A DNA stretch of 32,000 nt from Dickeya dadantii NCPPB 898 (GTDB lineage: Bacteria; Pseudomonadota; Gammaproteobacteria; Enterobacterales; Enterobacteriaceae). The notes beneath the pieces were generated by a model, which did no database searches, was not told the DNA's origin, and saw only the letters and a list, made by a program, of their open reading frames with translations. The DNA lies in the NCBI RefSeq assembly GCF_000406145.1, contig NZ_CM001976.1:327497-359496 (forward strand), given 5' to 3'. Position numbers and translations under genes: made by a program. Each line of letters begins with the position of its first letter. The first letter of the stretch is position 1. Shown piece by piece: positions 10,438-19,869 of the stretch.

Positions 10438-13400
10438 TTACTGCGCCTGTACCCGCAGCTCCGCTGCGGAACGACTACGATGACCCAACAACGCCTTCAC
10501 ATCACTCGATTTCGGCTTTACCAGCGCAAATTTCGATGCCCAAACCGGCCAGTTGGCGAGGATTTCCTCACCGCGTTGTGAACCGGTGTGCTGGACGTGC
10601 TCGGTAATCAGCCCGCGCAGATGCTCTTCGTGAATCGCCAGGTTTTCCACCTCCAGCACTTCAACCAGTTCCGGGTTGACGCGTTTGCGGAATTCACCGT
10701 CCTCATCCAGCACGTAGGCGAAGCCGCCGGTCATGCCCGCGCCGAAGTTGACGCCGGTACGGCCCAGAATGCAGACGATACCGCCGGTCATGTATTCGCA
10801 ACCGTTATCGCCGATGCCTTCCACCACGGTGATGGCGCCGGAGTTACGTACCGCGAAACGCTCGCCGGCACGCCCTGCGGCGAACAGCTTGCCGCCGGTC
10901 GCGCCGTACAGGCAGGTGTTGCCGATGATGCTGGCTTCATGGCTGCGGAAGGCTGAACCAACCGGCGGACGCACCGAGATGACGCCGCCGGCCATGCCTT
11001 TGCCCACGTAGTCATTGGCGTCGCCGGTCAGGGTCAGTTCAACGCCGCCGGCGTTCCACACGCCGAAGCTCTGGCCGGCGGTGCCGGTGAAGTGTGCTTT
11101 GATCGGATCGCTCGCCAGCCCCTGATCGCCGTGCTTCGCCGCGATCACGCCGGACAAGGTCGCGCCGACGGAACGGTCGGTGTTGCGGATGTCAAAGTAG
11201 AGCGTTTTGCTCTGTCTGGCATCGACGTGCGCCTGAGCCTGGGCGATCAATTCTTTGTTCAGCAGACCCTTGTCAAACGACGGGTTGCCCTCGGTGCAGT
11301 ACAGCGCTTTGCCGGGCTGCGGCGCGACGGTGTGCAGCATCGGCGACAGGTCCAGCTTGTTCTGCTTGGCGGTGATGCCGTCCAGTTCGACCAGCAGGTC
11401 GGTGCGGCCGATCAGGTCCACCAGACGGCTGATGCCCAGCTCCGCCATCAGCTCGCGGGTTTCGCGGGCGATGAAGGTGAAGTAGTTCACCACGCGCTCC
11501 GGCAGGCCGTGATAGTGGTCGCGGCGCAGCTTGTCATCCTGGGTTGCCACACCGGTGGCGCAGTTGTTCAGGTGGCAGATACGCAGGTATTTACAACCCA
11601 GCGCCACCATCGGACCGGTGCCGAAGCCGAAGCTTTCCGCGCCCAGAATCGCCGCTTTCACGATGTCCAGACCGGTCTTCAGGCCGCCATCTACCTGCAG
11701 GCGGATCTTGTGACGCAGGCCGTTGGCGACCAGCGCCTGCTGGGTTTCCACCAGGCCCAGCTCCCACGGACAACCGGCGTATTTCACCGAGGACAGCGGG
11801 CTGGCGCCGGTGCCGCCGTCGTAGCCGGCGATGGTAATCAGGTCGGCGTAGGCTTTCGCCACGCCGGTGGCGATGGTGCCGACGCCCGGCTCGGAAACCA
11901 GCTTGACCGAAATCATCGCCTTCGGGTTGACCTGTTTCAGGTCGAAAATCAGCTGCGCCAGATCTTCGATCGAATAAATATCATGATGCGGCGGCGGAGA
12001 AATCAGGGTCACGCCCGGTACGGAATAACGCAGACGTGCGATATATGGCGTGACTTTGTCGCCCGGCAACTGGCCGCCTTCGCCCGGTTTGGCGCCCTGC
12101 GCCACCTTGATTTGGATAACGTCGGCATTGACCAGATAGGCCGGGGTCACGCCAAAGCGACCGGAAGCCACCTGCTTGATGCGGGACACTTTATTGGTGC
12201 CGTAACGCGCCGGGTCTTCGCCGCCTTCGCCGGAGTTGGAGAAGCCGCCCAGACTGTTCATGGCTTCCGCCAGCGATTCATGCGCTTCGGGGCTCAGCGC
12301 GCCGATGGACATGGCGGCGGTGTCGAAGCGTTTGAACAGTTCCGTATCCGGCTCGACCTGCTCCAGCGGGATAGCCGCGCCTTCCTGTGGTTGCAGCGCC
12401 AGCAGGTCGCGCAGCATGGAGGCCGGGCGCTCGTTCACCAGTTTGGCGTACTGTTGATAGTCTTGGTAGTCGCCGCTGTGCACCGCGGTTTGCAGCGTTT
12501 TCACCACATCCGGGTTGTAAGCGTGGTATTCGCCGTCGTAAACAAACTTGAGCAAACCGCCCTGTTCGAGCTTCTGACGCTTGAGCCAGGCGCGTTTGGA
12601 CAGATTTTGCAGGTCCTGCTCGAAGTCGCTGAAGCTGGCGCCGCCGATGCGGCTCACCACGCCCTGGAAGCAACGGGACGCAACATCATTGTGCAGGCCG
12701 ACCGCTTCGAACAGTTTCGAGCAGCGGTAGGACGCGATGGTGGAGATCCCCATCTTGGACATGATCTTGTACAGGCCCTTGTTGATGCCGTTGCGGTAGT
12801 TCTGCATCACGTTACGGTACGGCTTGTCGATGGTGTGGTTATCCACCAGACGCGCCAGCGTTTCATAGGCCAGATACGGGTAAACCGCAGTGGCGCCGAA
12901 GCCGAGCAGTACCGCAAAATGGTGCGGATCGCGGGCGCTGGCGGTTTCAACGATAATGTTGGCGTCGCAGCGCAGGCTCTTTTCCACCAGCCGCGCCTGA
13001 ATAGCGCCCACCGCCATCGGCGCCGGCACCGGCAGACGATCCTGTGCGATGCCGCGGTCGGTCAGCACCAGCAGCACTGCTCCGGCACGCACCTTGTATT
13101 CTGCTTCGTCGCACAGTTTTTCAACCGTATCCTGCAATGAACGCTGTTTCGGATCGAAGGTGATATCGAGCTTCTCGGCGCGATAGTGCTCCGGATCCTG
13201 ATTGATCAACTGAATGAAGTCGGAATAGAGCAGGATCGGCGATTTGAAGCTCAGGCGGTGAGCCTGACCTTCCGCTTCGCAGAAGACGTTCATTTCACGG
13301 CCGATACAGGTGGCGAGCGACATCACGTGCGATTCGCGCAGCGGGTCGATCGGCGGGTTGGTCACCTGCGCGAACTGCTGGCGGAAATAGTCGTAAATGA

Positions 13401-14898
13401 TGCGCGGGCGGCTCGACAGCACGGCGAACGGCGTGTCGTCACCCATGGAACCGGTGGCTTCCTGACCGTTTTCCCCCAGCACGCGAATAACCTGATCCAG
13501 CTCTTCGTTGCTGTAGCCGAACTGCTTCTGGTAGGTTTCCAGCAGCGCGTCGTCCAGCTCCCGGCTGCCGACCTGATCGTCCGGCAGCTCTTCGAACGGC
13601 ACCAGACGCTTGACGTTTTTCTCCATCCACTCTTTGTACGGATGGCGGCTTTTCAGATCATCGTCGGTTTCAGTCGAATGCAGGATACGGCCGGTACGGG
13701 TGTCGATAACCATCAGTTCGCCCGGGCCGACGCGGCCTTTTTCCACCACTTCGTCAGGCTGGTAATCCCAGATGCCCACTTCGGAGGCGCAGGTGATCAG
13801 CTTATCTTTGGTGATGACATAACGCGCCGGACGCAGACCGTTACGGTCGAGGTTACAGGCAGCGTAGCGCCCGTCGGACAACACCAGACCGGCCGGGCCA
13901 TCCCACGGCTCCATGTGCATGGAGTTAAAGTCAAAGAAGGCGCGCAGCTCCGGGTCCATATTCGGGTTGTTCTGCCAGGCCGGCGGCACCAGCAGGCGCA
14001 TGGCGCGCACGATGTCCATCCCGCCGGCCAGGAACAGTTCCAGCATGTTGTCCAGCGACATGGAGTCCGAACCGCTTTCGTCCACAAACGGCGCGGCGTC
14101 CAGCAGGTCGGGAATCAGCGGGGTCTTGAATTTGTAAGCACGGGCGCGGGCCCACTGGCGGTTGCCGGTGATGGTGTTGATTTCGCCGTTGTGCGCCAGA
14201 TAGCGGAACGGCTGCGCCAGACGCCAGCGCGGCACGGTATTGGTGGAGAAGCGCTGGTGGAACAGGCAGATGGCCGATTCCAGACGCAGGTCCGCCAGAT
14301 CCAGATAGAACCGCGGCAGGTCCGCGGGCATGCACAGGCCTTTATAGATGTTCACCAGATTGGAGAGGCTGCACACATAGAAATCTTTATCCTGCACGCG
14401 CTTTTCGATACGGCGGCGCGCCATGAACAGGCGGCGTTCCATATCACGCGGACGCCAGCCGGCCGGGGCGTTGACGAAAATCTGTTCGATGCGCGGCAGC
14501 GAGGAGAGCGCAATCTCACCCAGTACGTCCGGGTTGGTCGGCACTTCGCGCCAGCCGAGTACGGACAGGGTTTCATTCTGCAGTTCTTCTTCCACAATCC
14601 GACGGGTGGCGCGGGCCTTTTCTTCATCCCGGCTGAGGAACAGCATGCCGACCGCGTAATTGTTGGCCAGCCGCCAGCCGTGTTCTTCGGCGACCAGGCG
14701 GAAGAAACGATCGGGTTTCTGAAGCAATAAGCCGCAACCGTCGCCGGTCTTGCCGTCGGCAAGGATCGCGCCACGGTGTTGCATGCGGGCCAGGGCGTGA
14801 ATCGCCGTCCGCACGACTTTATGGCTCGGTTCACCTTCTATATGGGCGATCAATCCGAAACCACAGTTGTCTCTTTCATGGGATGCATCGTACAACAT
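10438..14898 (-). CDS. gltB: Glutamate synthase (NADPH) large subunit
   Basis: The 1486-aa ORF begins MLYDASHERDNCGFGLIAHIEGEPSHKVV (Ntn amidotransferase Cys after a short propeptide). The FMN and GXGXG domains are collinear with E. coli GltB. The stop lies 9 nt before the gltD start. Confidence 0.97.
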   Translation of the reverse strand: MLYDASHERDNCGFGLIAHIEGEPSHKVVRTAIHALARMQHRGAILADGKTGDGCGLLLQKPDRFFRLVAEEHGWRLANNYAVGMLFLSRDEEKARATRRIVEEELQNETLSVLGWREVPTNPDVLGEIALSSLPRIEQIFVNAPAGWRPRDMERRLFMARRRIEKRVQDKDFYVCSLSNLVNIYKGLCMPADLPRFYLDLADLRLESAICLFHQRFSTNTVPRWRLAQPFRYLAHNGEINTITGNRQWARARAYKFKTPLIPDLLDAAPFVDESGSDSMSLDNMLELFLAGGMDIVRAMRLLVPPAWQNNPNMDPELRAFFDFNSMHMEPWDGPAGLVLSDGRYAACNLDRNGLRPARYVITKDKLITCASEVGIWDYQPDEVVEKGRVGPGELMVIDTRTGRILHSTETDDDLKSRHPYKEWMEKNVKRLVPFEELPDDQVGSRELDDALLETYQKQFGYSNEELDQVIRVLGENGQEATGSMGDDTPFAVLSSRPRIIYDYFRQQFAQVTNPPIDPLRESHVMSLATCIGREMNVFCEAEGQAHRLSFKSPILLYSDFIQLINQDPEHYRAEKLDITFDPKQRSLQDTVEKLCDEAEYKVRAGAVLLVLTDRGIAQDRLPVPAPMAVGAIQARLVEKSLRCDANIIVETASARDPHHFAVLLGFGATAVYPYLAYETLARLVDNHTIDKPYRNVMQNYRNGINKGLYKIMSKMGISTIASYRCSKLFEAVGLHNDVASRCFQGVVSRIGGASFSDFEQDLQNLSKRAWLKRQKLEQGGLLKFVYDGEYHAYNPDVVKTLQTAVHSGDYQDYQQYAKLVNERPASMLRDLLALQPQEGAAIPLEQVEPDTELFKRFDTAAMSIGALSPEAHESLAEAMNSLGGFSNSGEGGEDPARYGTNKVSRIKQVASGRFGVTPAYLVNADVIQIKVAQGAKPGEGGQLPGDKVTPYIARLRYSVPGVTLISPPPHHDIYSIEDLAQLIFDLKQVNPKAMISVKLVSEPGVGTIATGVAKAYADLITIAGYDGGTGASPLSSVKYAGCPWELGLVETQQALVANGLRHKIRLQVDGGLKTGLDIVKAAILGAESFGFGTGPMVALGCKYLRICHLNNCATGVATQDDKLRRDHYHGLPERVVNYFTFIARETRELMAELGISRLVDLIGRTDLLVELDGITAKQNKLDLSPMLHTVAPQPGKALYCTEGNPSFDKGLLNKELIAQAQAHVDARQSKTLYFDIRNTDRSVGATLSGVIAAKHGDQGLASDPIKAHFTGTAGQSFGVWNAGGVELTLTGDANDYVGKGMAGGVISVRPPVGSAFRSHEASIIGNTCLYGATGGKLFAAGRAGERFAVRNSGAITVVEGIGDNGCEYMTGGIVCILGRTGVNFGAGMTGGFAYVLDEDGEFRKRVNPELVEVLEVENLAIHEEHLRGLITEHVQHTGSQRGEEILANWPVWASKFALVKPKSSDVKALLGHRSRSAAELRVQAQ

Positions 14899-15172
14899 AT
14901 CTCAGTGAACCTCCCCAGGCTCTGTATGACTTCCTCACCGACAATGCCACCACCAGAATGCGGGCACTTATTAAATTGCGTGTTAACCGCGCACTAACCG
15001 CGAGCGACCCCTTCACTGCGTCAATTTGACATCAGTGGTGTGCGCCGCTCTCTTTATCTGGCCTCTCGTAAGGTCTCACAAGTGATGTGACTTGCTTGAT
15101 GAGGGAGTCTTCTTCTTACTGCATAAATATGACGAGACGTTGACTCGTCGGGAAAGCTTCCAGCGGATTCCC

Positions 15173-15201
15173 AAATTAGCGAGAAACCCTGTTCAGGTCA
15201 A
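15173..15201 (-). promoter_or_regulatory. Candidate sigma70 promoter of gltBD
   Basis: On the minus strand, TTGACC (15201-15196) is followed by a 17-nt spacer and TAATTT (15178-15173). This would give a leader of about 265 nt. It is a pattern match only. Confidence 0.3.
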
Positions 15202-15616
15202 ATCTCCATAACGAGTAAGCACTTTAGGGATAATATTTACTTATGTTTATGAAATAAAAGGATTTAATTAATAAAAATAAGACGTTGGCAAGGTGGGGGT
15301 ATTGGTCTAACTGTGAGCTGTATCACTATGCTAATGGCGGGTTTTTATCGCCACATGCTGCGATAATGTAACTTTGTGGCATCTTATTCTGGTTGGCGTG
15401 AGTTTTTTAACTTATGACACTGTTTTTCATTTTGCGGTCATCTTTTAATGGAATGAACCTCGCGGATAAGAAAAATTAATCGGGAATGATGTGATTTTAT
15501 TTTCAATAAAAACGAATAAACATGCAGTTATATAAACCGGGGCGTATTGATCGGGGTCATCGCCGTTAATAGGCGCTAAAGGTAGGCTGATTTTTTATGA
15601 AATGAAGAATCAGAAT

Positions 15617-16546
15617 ATGCAATTGCAAAAATTAATCAATATGTTTGGTGGTGATCTTCAGCGCCGTTATGGAGAAAAAATCCATAAATTGACGCTGCAC
15701 GGGGGATTTAGCTGTCCGAACCGCGACGGCACGCTGGGGCGCGGCGGTTGTACCTTCTGCAATGTGGCGTCGTTTGCCGACGAGCAAATGCAGCAACGCA
15801 GCATCGCCGAGCAACTGGCCGCACAGGCCGGCAAGGTCAATCGCGCCCGTCGTTATCTGGCCTATTTTCAGGCTTATACCAGCACCTATGCCGAGGTTCA
15901 GGTGCTGGCGTCCATGTACCGTCAGGCGCTGACGCAGGCCGATATGGTGGGGTTGTGCGTGGGCACCCGGCCGGATTGTGTACCGGATACGGTACTGGAC
16001 CTGCTGGCTGATTATCACGCGCAAGGCTATGAAGTCTGGCTGGAGCTGGGGCTGCAAAGCGCCCACGACCGCACGCTGCGACGCATCAATCGCGGGCATG
16101 ATTTCGCCTGTTACCGGCAGACCGCGCAGCGGGCGCGTGCCAGAGGGCTAAAGGTGTGCAGCCACCTGATCGTTGGCTTGCCCGGCGAAAGCGACGAACA
16201 TTGCCTGTCGACGCTGCGGCAGGTGGTGGAGGCCGGTGTGGACGGCATCAAGCTGCACCCGCTGCACATTGTGACCGGCAGCGTAATGGCGAAAGCATGG
16301 GGAGCCGGCCGGCTGCCGGAATTGCCGCTGGCGCGTTATGTGTCGATTGCCGGCGAGATGATTCGCCACACCCCGCCGGAAATCGTCTATCACCGTATTT
16401 CCGCTAGTGCCCGGCGGCCGACGCTGCTGGCGCCGCTGTGGTGCGAAAATCGCTGGACCGGCATGGTCGGCGTTCACGACTATCTGCAACAGCATGGTGC
16501 GCAAGGTTCCGCGCTGGGGCTGCCATTTCATTACTCAACAAACTAA
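15617..16546 (+). CDS. yhcC: Radical SAM protein YhcC (TIGR01212 family)
   Basis: MQLQKLINMFGGDLQRRYGEKIHKLTLHGGFSCPNRDGTLGRGGCTFCN and the C-terminus RPTLLAPLWCENRWTGM match E. coli YhcC. The ATG at 15617 aligns with the E. coli start. An in-frame ATG at 15602 is an alternative. Confidence 0.9.
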   Translation: MQLQKLINMFGGDLQRRYGEKIHKLTLHGGFSCPNRDGTLGRGGCTFCNVASFADEQMQQRSIAEQLAAQAGKVNRARRYLAYFQAYTSTYAEVQVLASMYRQALTQADMVGLCVGTRPDCVPDTVLDLLADYHAQGYEVWLELGLQSAHDRTLRRINRGHDFACYRQTAQRARARGLKVCSHLIVGLPGESDEHCLSTLRQVVEAGVDGIKLHPLHIVTGSVMAKAWGAGRLPELPLARYVSIAGEMIRHTPPEIVYHRISASARRPTLLAPLWCENRWTGMVGVHDYLQQHGAQGSALGLPFHYSTN

Positions 16547-16639
16547 CCTCCGTGGCGGCTCGCAAATCAACCGCTCATTTACCGCGCACACGATTTTTTT
16601 ACGGTATGATTTGCGGGTTTATGATTAAGGAACACCGTT

Positions 16640-18979
16640 ATGAGGCAAATCAGGCTGTTGGCGCAGTACTACGTTGATTTAATGGTCAAACTGGGGCTGG
16701 TGCGTTTTTCCCTGCTGCTGGCGTCAGCGCTGGTTTTACTGGCGCTGGTGGTGCAGATGGCGGTGACGCTGCTGCTCACCGGCAAGGTGGAAAATATCGA
16801 CGTGGTGCGCTCTATCTTTTTCGGCTTACTGATCACGCCCTGGGCGGTTTACTTCCTGTCCGTCGTGGTGGAGCAGTTGGAAGAGTCGCGCCAGCGGCTG
16901 TCCCGGCTGGTGGCCAAGCTGGAAGAGATGCGCCAGCGCGATCAGGAACTGAACGAACAGTTGCAGGGCAACATCGCTCAGCTCAATCAGGAAATCAGCG
17001 ATCGCATCAAGGCGGAGGAAGCCCGTCTGCTGATGGTTTCCAAACTGCGTGAAGAGATGGTGCGCCGCGAGCAGGCGCAGGTTGAGCTGGAACAGCAGTC
17101 GGCGCTGCTGCGCTCTTTCCTCGATGCCTCGCCGGATCTGGTTTACTACCGCAATGAAAACAAAGAATTTTCCGGCTGCAACCGGGCGATGGAGCTGCTG
17201 CTCGGCAAAAGCCAGAAGCAGCTTATCGGCCTGACGCCAAAAGATGTTTATCCGCCCGACATCGCCGAAAAAGTGATGGAAACGGATGAAAAGGTGTTCC
17301 GCCACAACGTCTCATTGACCTATGAGCAATGGCTGGTTTATCCGGATGGACGCAAGGCCTGTTTCGAATTGCGCAAGGTGCCGTTTTACGACCGCATGGG
17401 TAAACGACACGGCCTGATGGGTTTTGGACGCGATATTACCGAGCGTAAGCGCTACCAGGACGCGTTAGAGAACGCCAGTAGGGATAAGACCACCTTCATC
17501 TCTACGATCAGCCACGAGCTTCGTACGCCGCTTAATGGCATTGTCGGCCTGAGTCGTATCCTGCTCGACACCCATCTGGACGCAGAGCAGCAAAAATACC
17601 TGAAAACCATCCACGTCAGCGCCATCACGCTCGGCAATATTTTCAACGACATCATCGAAATGGACAAGCAGGAGCGGCGCAAGGTCCAACTGGATAACCA
17701 GCCGGTGGATTTCGTCGGCTTTGTGGTGGACCTGGAAAACCTGGGCGGATTGTTGGCCCAACCTAAAGGGCTACAGCTTGAGATGGAACTGCATCAGCCG
17801 CTGCCGAAAACCATCGTCACCGACGGCACCCGGTTGCGCCAGATTCTGTGGAATCTGCTCAGCAATGCGGTGAAATTCACTCGTGAGGGCCGGGTGATGG
17901 TGCGTGTCTGGCATGAGCAAGGCGACCGGCTGCGTTTTGAGGTGGAGGATTCCGGCATGGGGATCCCGGCCGACGAGCTGGAGAAAATTTTCTCCATGTA
18001 CTATCAGGTCAAGGATCAACACGGCGGCAAACCGGCTACCGGCACCGGCATCGGGCTGGCGGTTTCCAAACGTCTGGCGCAAAGCATGGGTGGCGATATT
18101 CAGGTGACCAGCGAACTGGGCAAGGGCTCCTGTTTTGCGCTGACGGTGACGGCGCCGGTGGTGCGTGATGACGAGTCTGAGGAAGGCGACCAGGATGAGC
18201 TGCCGCTACCGGCATTGCATGTGCTGCTGGTGGAAGATATCGAACTGAACGTGGTGGTGGCGCGCTCGGTACTGGAAAAACTGGGCAGCAGCGTCGACGT
18301 GGCGATGACCGGTCAGGCGGCGCTGGATATGTTCGATCCGGATGAATTTGATTTGGTGCTGCTGGATATCCAACTGCCGGACATGACCGGTCTGGATGTG
18401 GCGCGTCGGCTGCGTGAACGTTATGCCGGGCAGTCGATGCCTCCGCTGGTCGCCCTGACGGCGAATGTGCTCAAAGATAAAAAAGAGTATCTGGACGCCG
18501 GCATGGATGACGTGCTGAGTAAGCCGCTGGCGGTGCCGGCGTTGACGGCGGTAATCCAGCAATACTGGGATCATCATGCGCAACCGGAACCGGAGGCCGC
18601 GGCGGTAGACACCGGGTCGCTGCAGGACCGCTTACTGGATATCCCGATGCTGGAGCAGTACCTGACGTTGGTGGGGCCAAAACTGATTCACCAGAGCCTG
18701 GCGATGTTCGAACAGATGATGCCCGGCTATCTGGCGATTCTTGATTCCAACATGACCGCCCGCGACCAGAAGGGCATCGCGGAAGAGGGGCACAAAATCA
18801 AAGGCGCGGCGGGTTCGGTTGGGCTCAAGCATCTGCAGCAGGTTGCGCAACAGATTCAAACCACGACATTACCGGCATGGTGGGACAACGTACAGGAGTG
18901 GATTGACGAGTTGAAACACGACTGGCGGCAGGATGTGCAGGTATTGAAAGACTGGGTTTCAGAGGCTGAAAAAAAATGA
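16640..18979 (+). CDS. arcB: Aerobic respiration control tripartite sensor kinase ArcB
   Basis: The 779-aa ORF is collinear with E. coli ArcB. It has a 2-TM N-terminus, PAS with both redox Cys (EFSGCNRAM, GRKACFE), the H-box SHELRTPLN, receiver LVLLDIQLPDMTG and HPt EEGHKIKGAAGSVG. Confidence 0.97.
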   Translation: MRQIRLLAQYYVDLMVKLGLVRFSLLLASALVLLALVVQMAVTLLLTGKVENIDVVRSIFFGLLITPWAVYFLSVVVEQLEESRQRLSRLVAKLEEMRQRDQELNEQLQGNIAQLNQEISDRIKAEEARLLMVSKLREEMVRREQAQVELEQQSALLRSFLDASPDLVYYRNENKEFSGCNRAMELLLGKSQKQLIGLTPKDVYPPDIAEKVMETDEKVFRHNVSLTYEQWLVYPDGRKACFELRKVPFYDRMGKRHGLMGFGRDITERKRYQDALENASRDKTTFISTISHELRTPLNGIVGLSRILLDTHLDAEQQKYLKTIHVSAITLGNIFNDIIEMDKQERRKVQLDNQPVDFVGFVVDLENLGGLLAQPKGLQLEMELHQPLPKTIVTDGTRLRQILWNLLSNAVKFTREGRVMVRVWHEQGDRLRFEVEDSGMGIPADELEKIFSMYYQVKDQHGGKPATGTGIGLAVSKRLAQSMGGDIQVTSELGKGSCFALTVTAPVVRDDESEEGDQDELPLPALHVLLVEDIELNVVVARSVLEKLGSSVDVAMTGQAALDMFDPDEFDLVLLDIQLPDMTGLDVARRLRERYAGQSMPPLVALTANVLKDKKEYLDAGMDDVLSKPLAVPALTAVIQQYWDHHAQPEPEAAAVDTGSLQDRLLDIPMLEQYLTLVGPKLIHQSLAMFEQMMPGYLAILDSNMTARDQKGIAEEGHKIKGAAGSVGLKHLQQVAQQIQTTTLPAWWDNVQEWIDELKHDWRQDVQVLKDWVSEAEKK

Positions 18980-19096
18980 CCCCGACCGAAGCCGGGGTGC
19001 GCGAATTATGCGCCAACACTAGGGAAAGCGGTACGCCTGCGTTCAATCTCAGATGTTGTTGGTACGCAAGCGTTTTTGAAATCCCATCTTCTGGCA
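18969..19096 (-). ncRNA. arcZ: Hfq-dependent small RNA ArcZ (SraH/RyhA); the 5' end is approximate
   Basis: The minus strand reads ...CUUUCCCUAGUGUUGGCGCAUAAUUCGCGCACCCCGGCUUCGGUCGGGGUCAU followed by U8. This matches, from memory, the conserved 3' half and terminator of E. coli/Salmonella ArcZ. The location between arcB and elbB, convergent with arcB, is the same as in E. coli. The terminator is a 7-bp stem with a UUCG loop and a U8 run. Confidence 0.8.
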
Positions 19097-19102
19097 ACAC
19101 AC

Positions 19103-19133
19103 ACCATAGCAAATATGGCGTCGTTTGTTACAA
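19103..19133 (-). promoter_or_regulatory. Candidate arcZ promoter (extended -10)
   Basis: On the minus strand, TTGTAA (19133-19128) is followed by a 19-nt spacer containing TGC, then TATGGT (19108-19103). TGTTA-like pentamers at 19126, 19137 and 19148 are phased 11 bp apart and resemble ArcA direct repeats. Confidence 0.35.
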
Positions 19134-19215
19134 GAATCATTAAAATGTGTGATGTAGATTAGTGTTTGTCAATCAAAAAATCAATTAGTTGATGTAATGA
19201 AATGAGGCATGAGTG

Positions 19216-19869
19216 ATGAAAAAAGTTGGTGTCGTACTCAGCGGATGTGGAGTTTATGATGGTTCAGAGATTCACGAAGTTGTCTTGACTCTGCTTGCAA
19301 TCGACCGTGCTGGTGCTGAGGCTGTCTGCTTTGCTCCGGACAAACAACAGCTGCACGTCATTAATCATCTGACCGGTGAGGTTACTGGTGAGAAACGCAA
19401 TGTTTTAGCGGAATCGGCGCGTATTGCACGTGGAAAAATCCAACCATTATCCAGCGCGGATCCCCAACAGCTTGATGCGCTGATTGTCCCCGGCGGATTC
19501 GGTGCTGCAAAAAATTTGAGCGATTTTGCTACCCGTGGGGCCGACTGTGAGATTGATAACGAACTGAAAATACTTACCCGTGAAATTCATAAGAAAAATA
19601 AACCAATAGGGTTTATTTGTATCGCCCCTGCCATGTTACCGAAACTGCTTGATACCTCTGTGCAGCTTACAATTGGTAACGATGAAGGGACTGCGCATGC
19701 GATCGAAGCAATGGGCGGTGTGCACGTGACGTGCCCGGTAGATGACATTGTCGTTGACGTTGCACACAAGGTGGTGACGACACCGGCTTACATGCTGGCG
19801 AACTCGATTGGCGAAGCCGCCAGCGGGATTGAGAAACTGGTGACGCGTGTTTTGGAACTGGCTGAATGA
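19216..19869 (+). CDS. elbB: Glyoxalase III-like DJ-1/PfpI family protein ElbB
   Basis: [45 protein letters not shown]...[12 protein letters not shown]...[10 protein letters not shown] is collinear with E. coli ElbB. The ATG at 19216 lies one codon after the GTG of the track ORF. Confidence 0.93.
   Translation: MKKVGVVLSGCGVYDGSEIHEVVLTLLAIDRAGAEAVCFAPDKQQLHVINHLTGEVTGEKRNVLAESARIARGKIQPLSSADPQQLDALIVPGGFGAAKNLSDFATRGADCEIDNELKILTREIHKKNKPIGFICIAPAMLPKLLDTSVQLTIGNDEGTAHAIEAMGGVHVTCPVDDIVVDVAHKVVTTPAYMLANSIGEAASGIEKLVTRVLELAE

Noticed and set aside
14150-14230. GltB reads TNTVPRWRLAQPF where I recall Pro (RWPLAQPF) in E. coli.
   Set aside because: I cannot verify the E. coli residue without an alignment. 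A single substitution in an otherwise intact 1486-aa ORF is not evidence of anything unusual.
14905-14940. GTGAACCTCCCCAGG... superficially resembles the start of an ERIC/IRU repeat.
   Set aside because: Only about 12 nt resemble the ERIC consensus, and the second ERIC arm is absent. The segment is simply the gltB ribosome-binding region (GGGGAGG).
15076-15090. TCACA-AGTGA-TGTGA was considered as a possible CRP site.
   Set aside because: The half-sites are in the inverted order and the spacing is wrong relative to the CRP consensus TGTGA-N6-TCACA. It is kept only as a hairpin inside the putative gltB leader.
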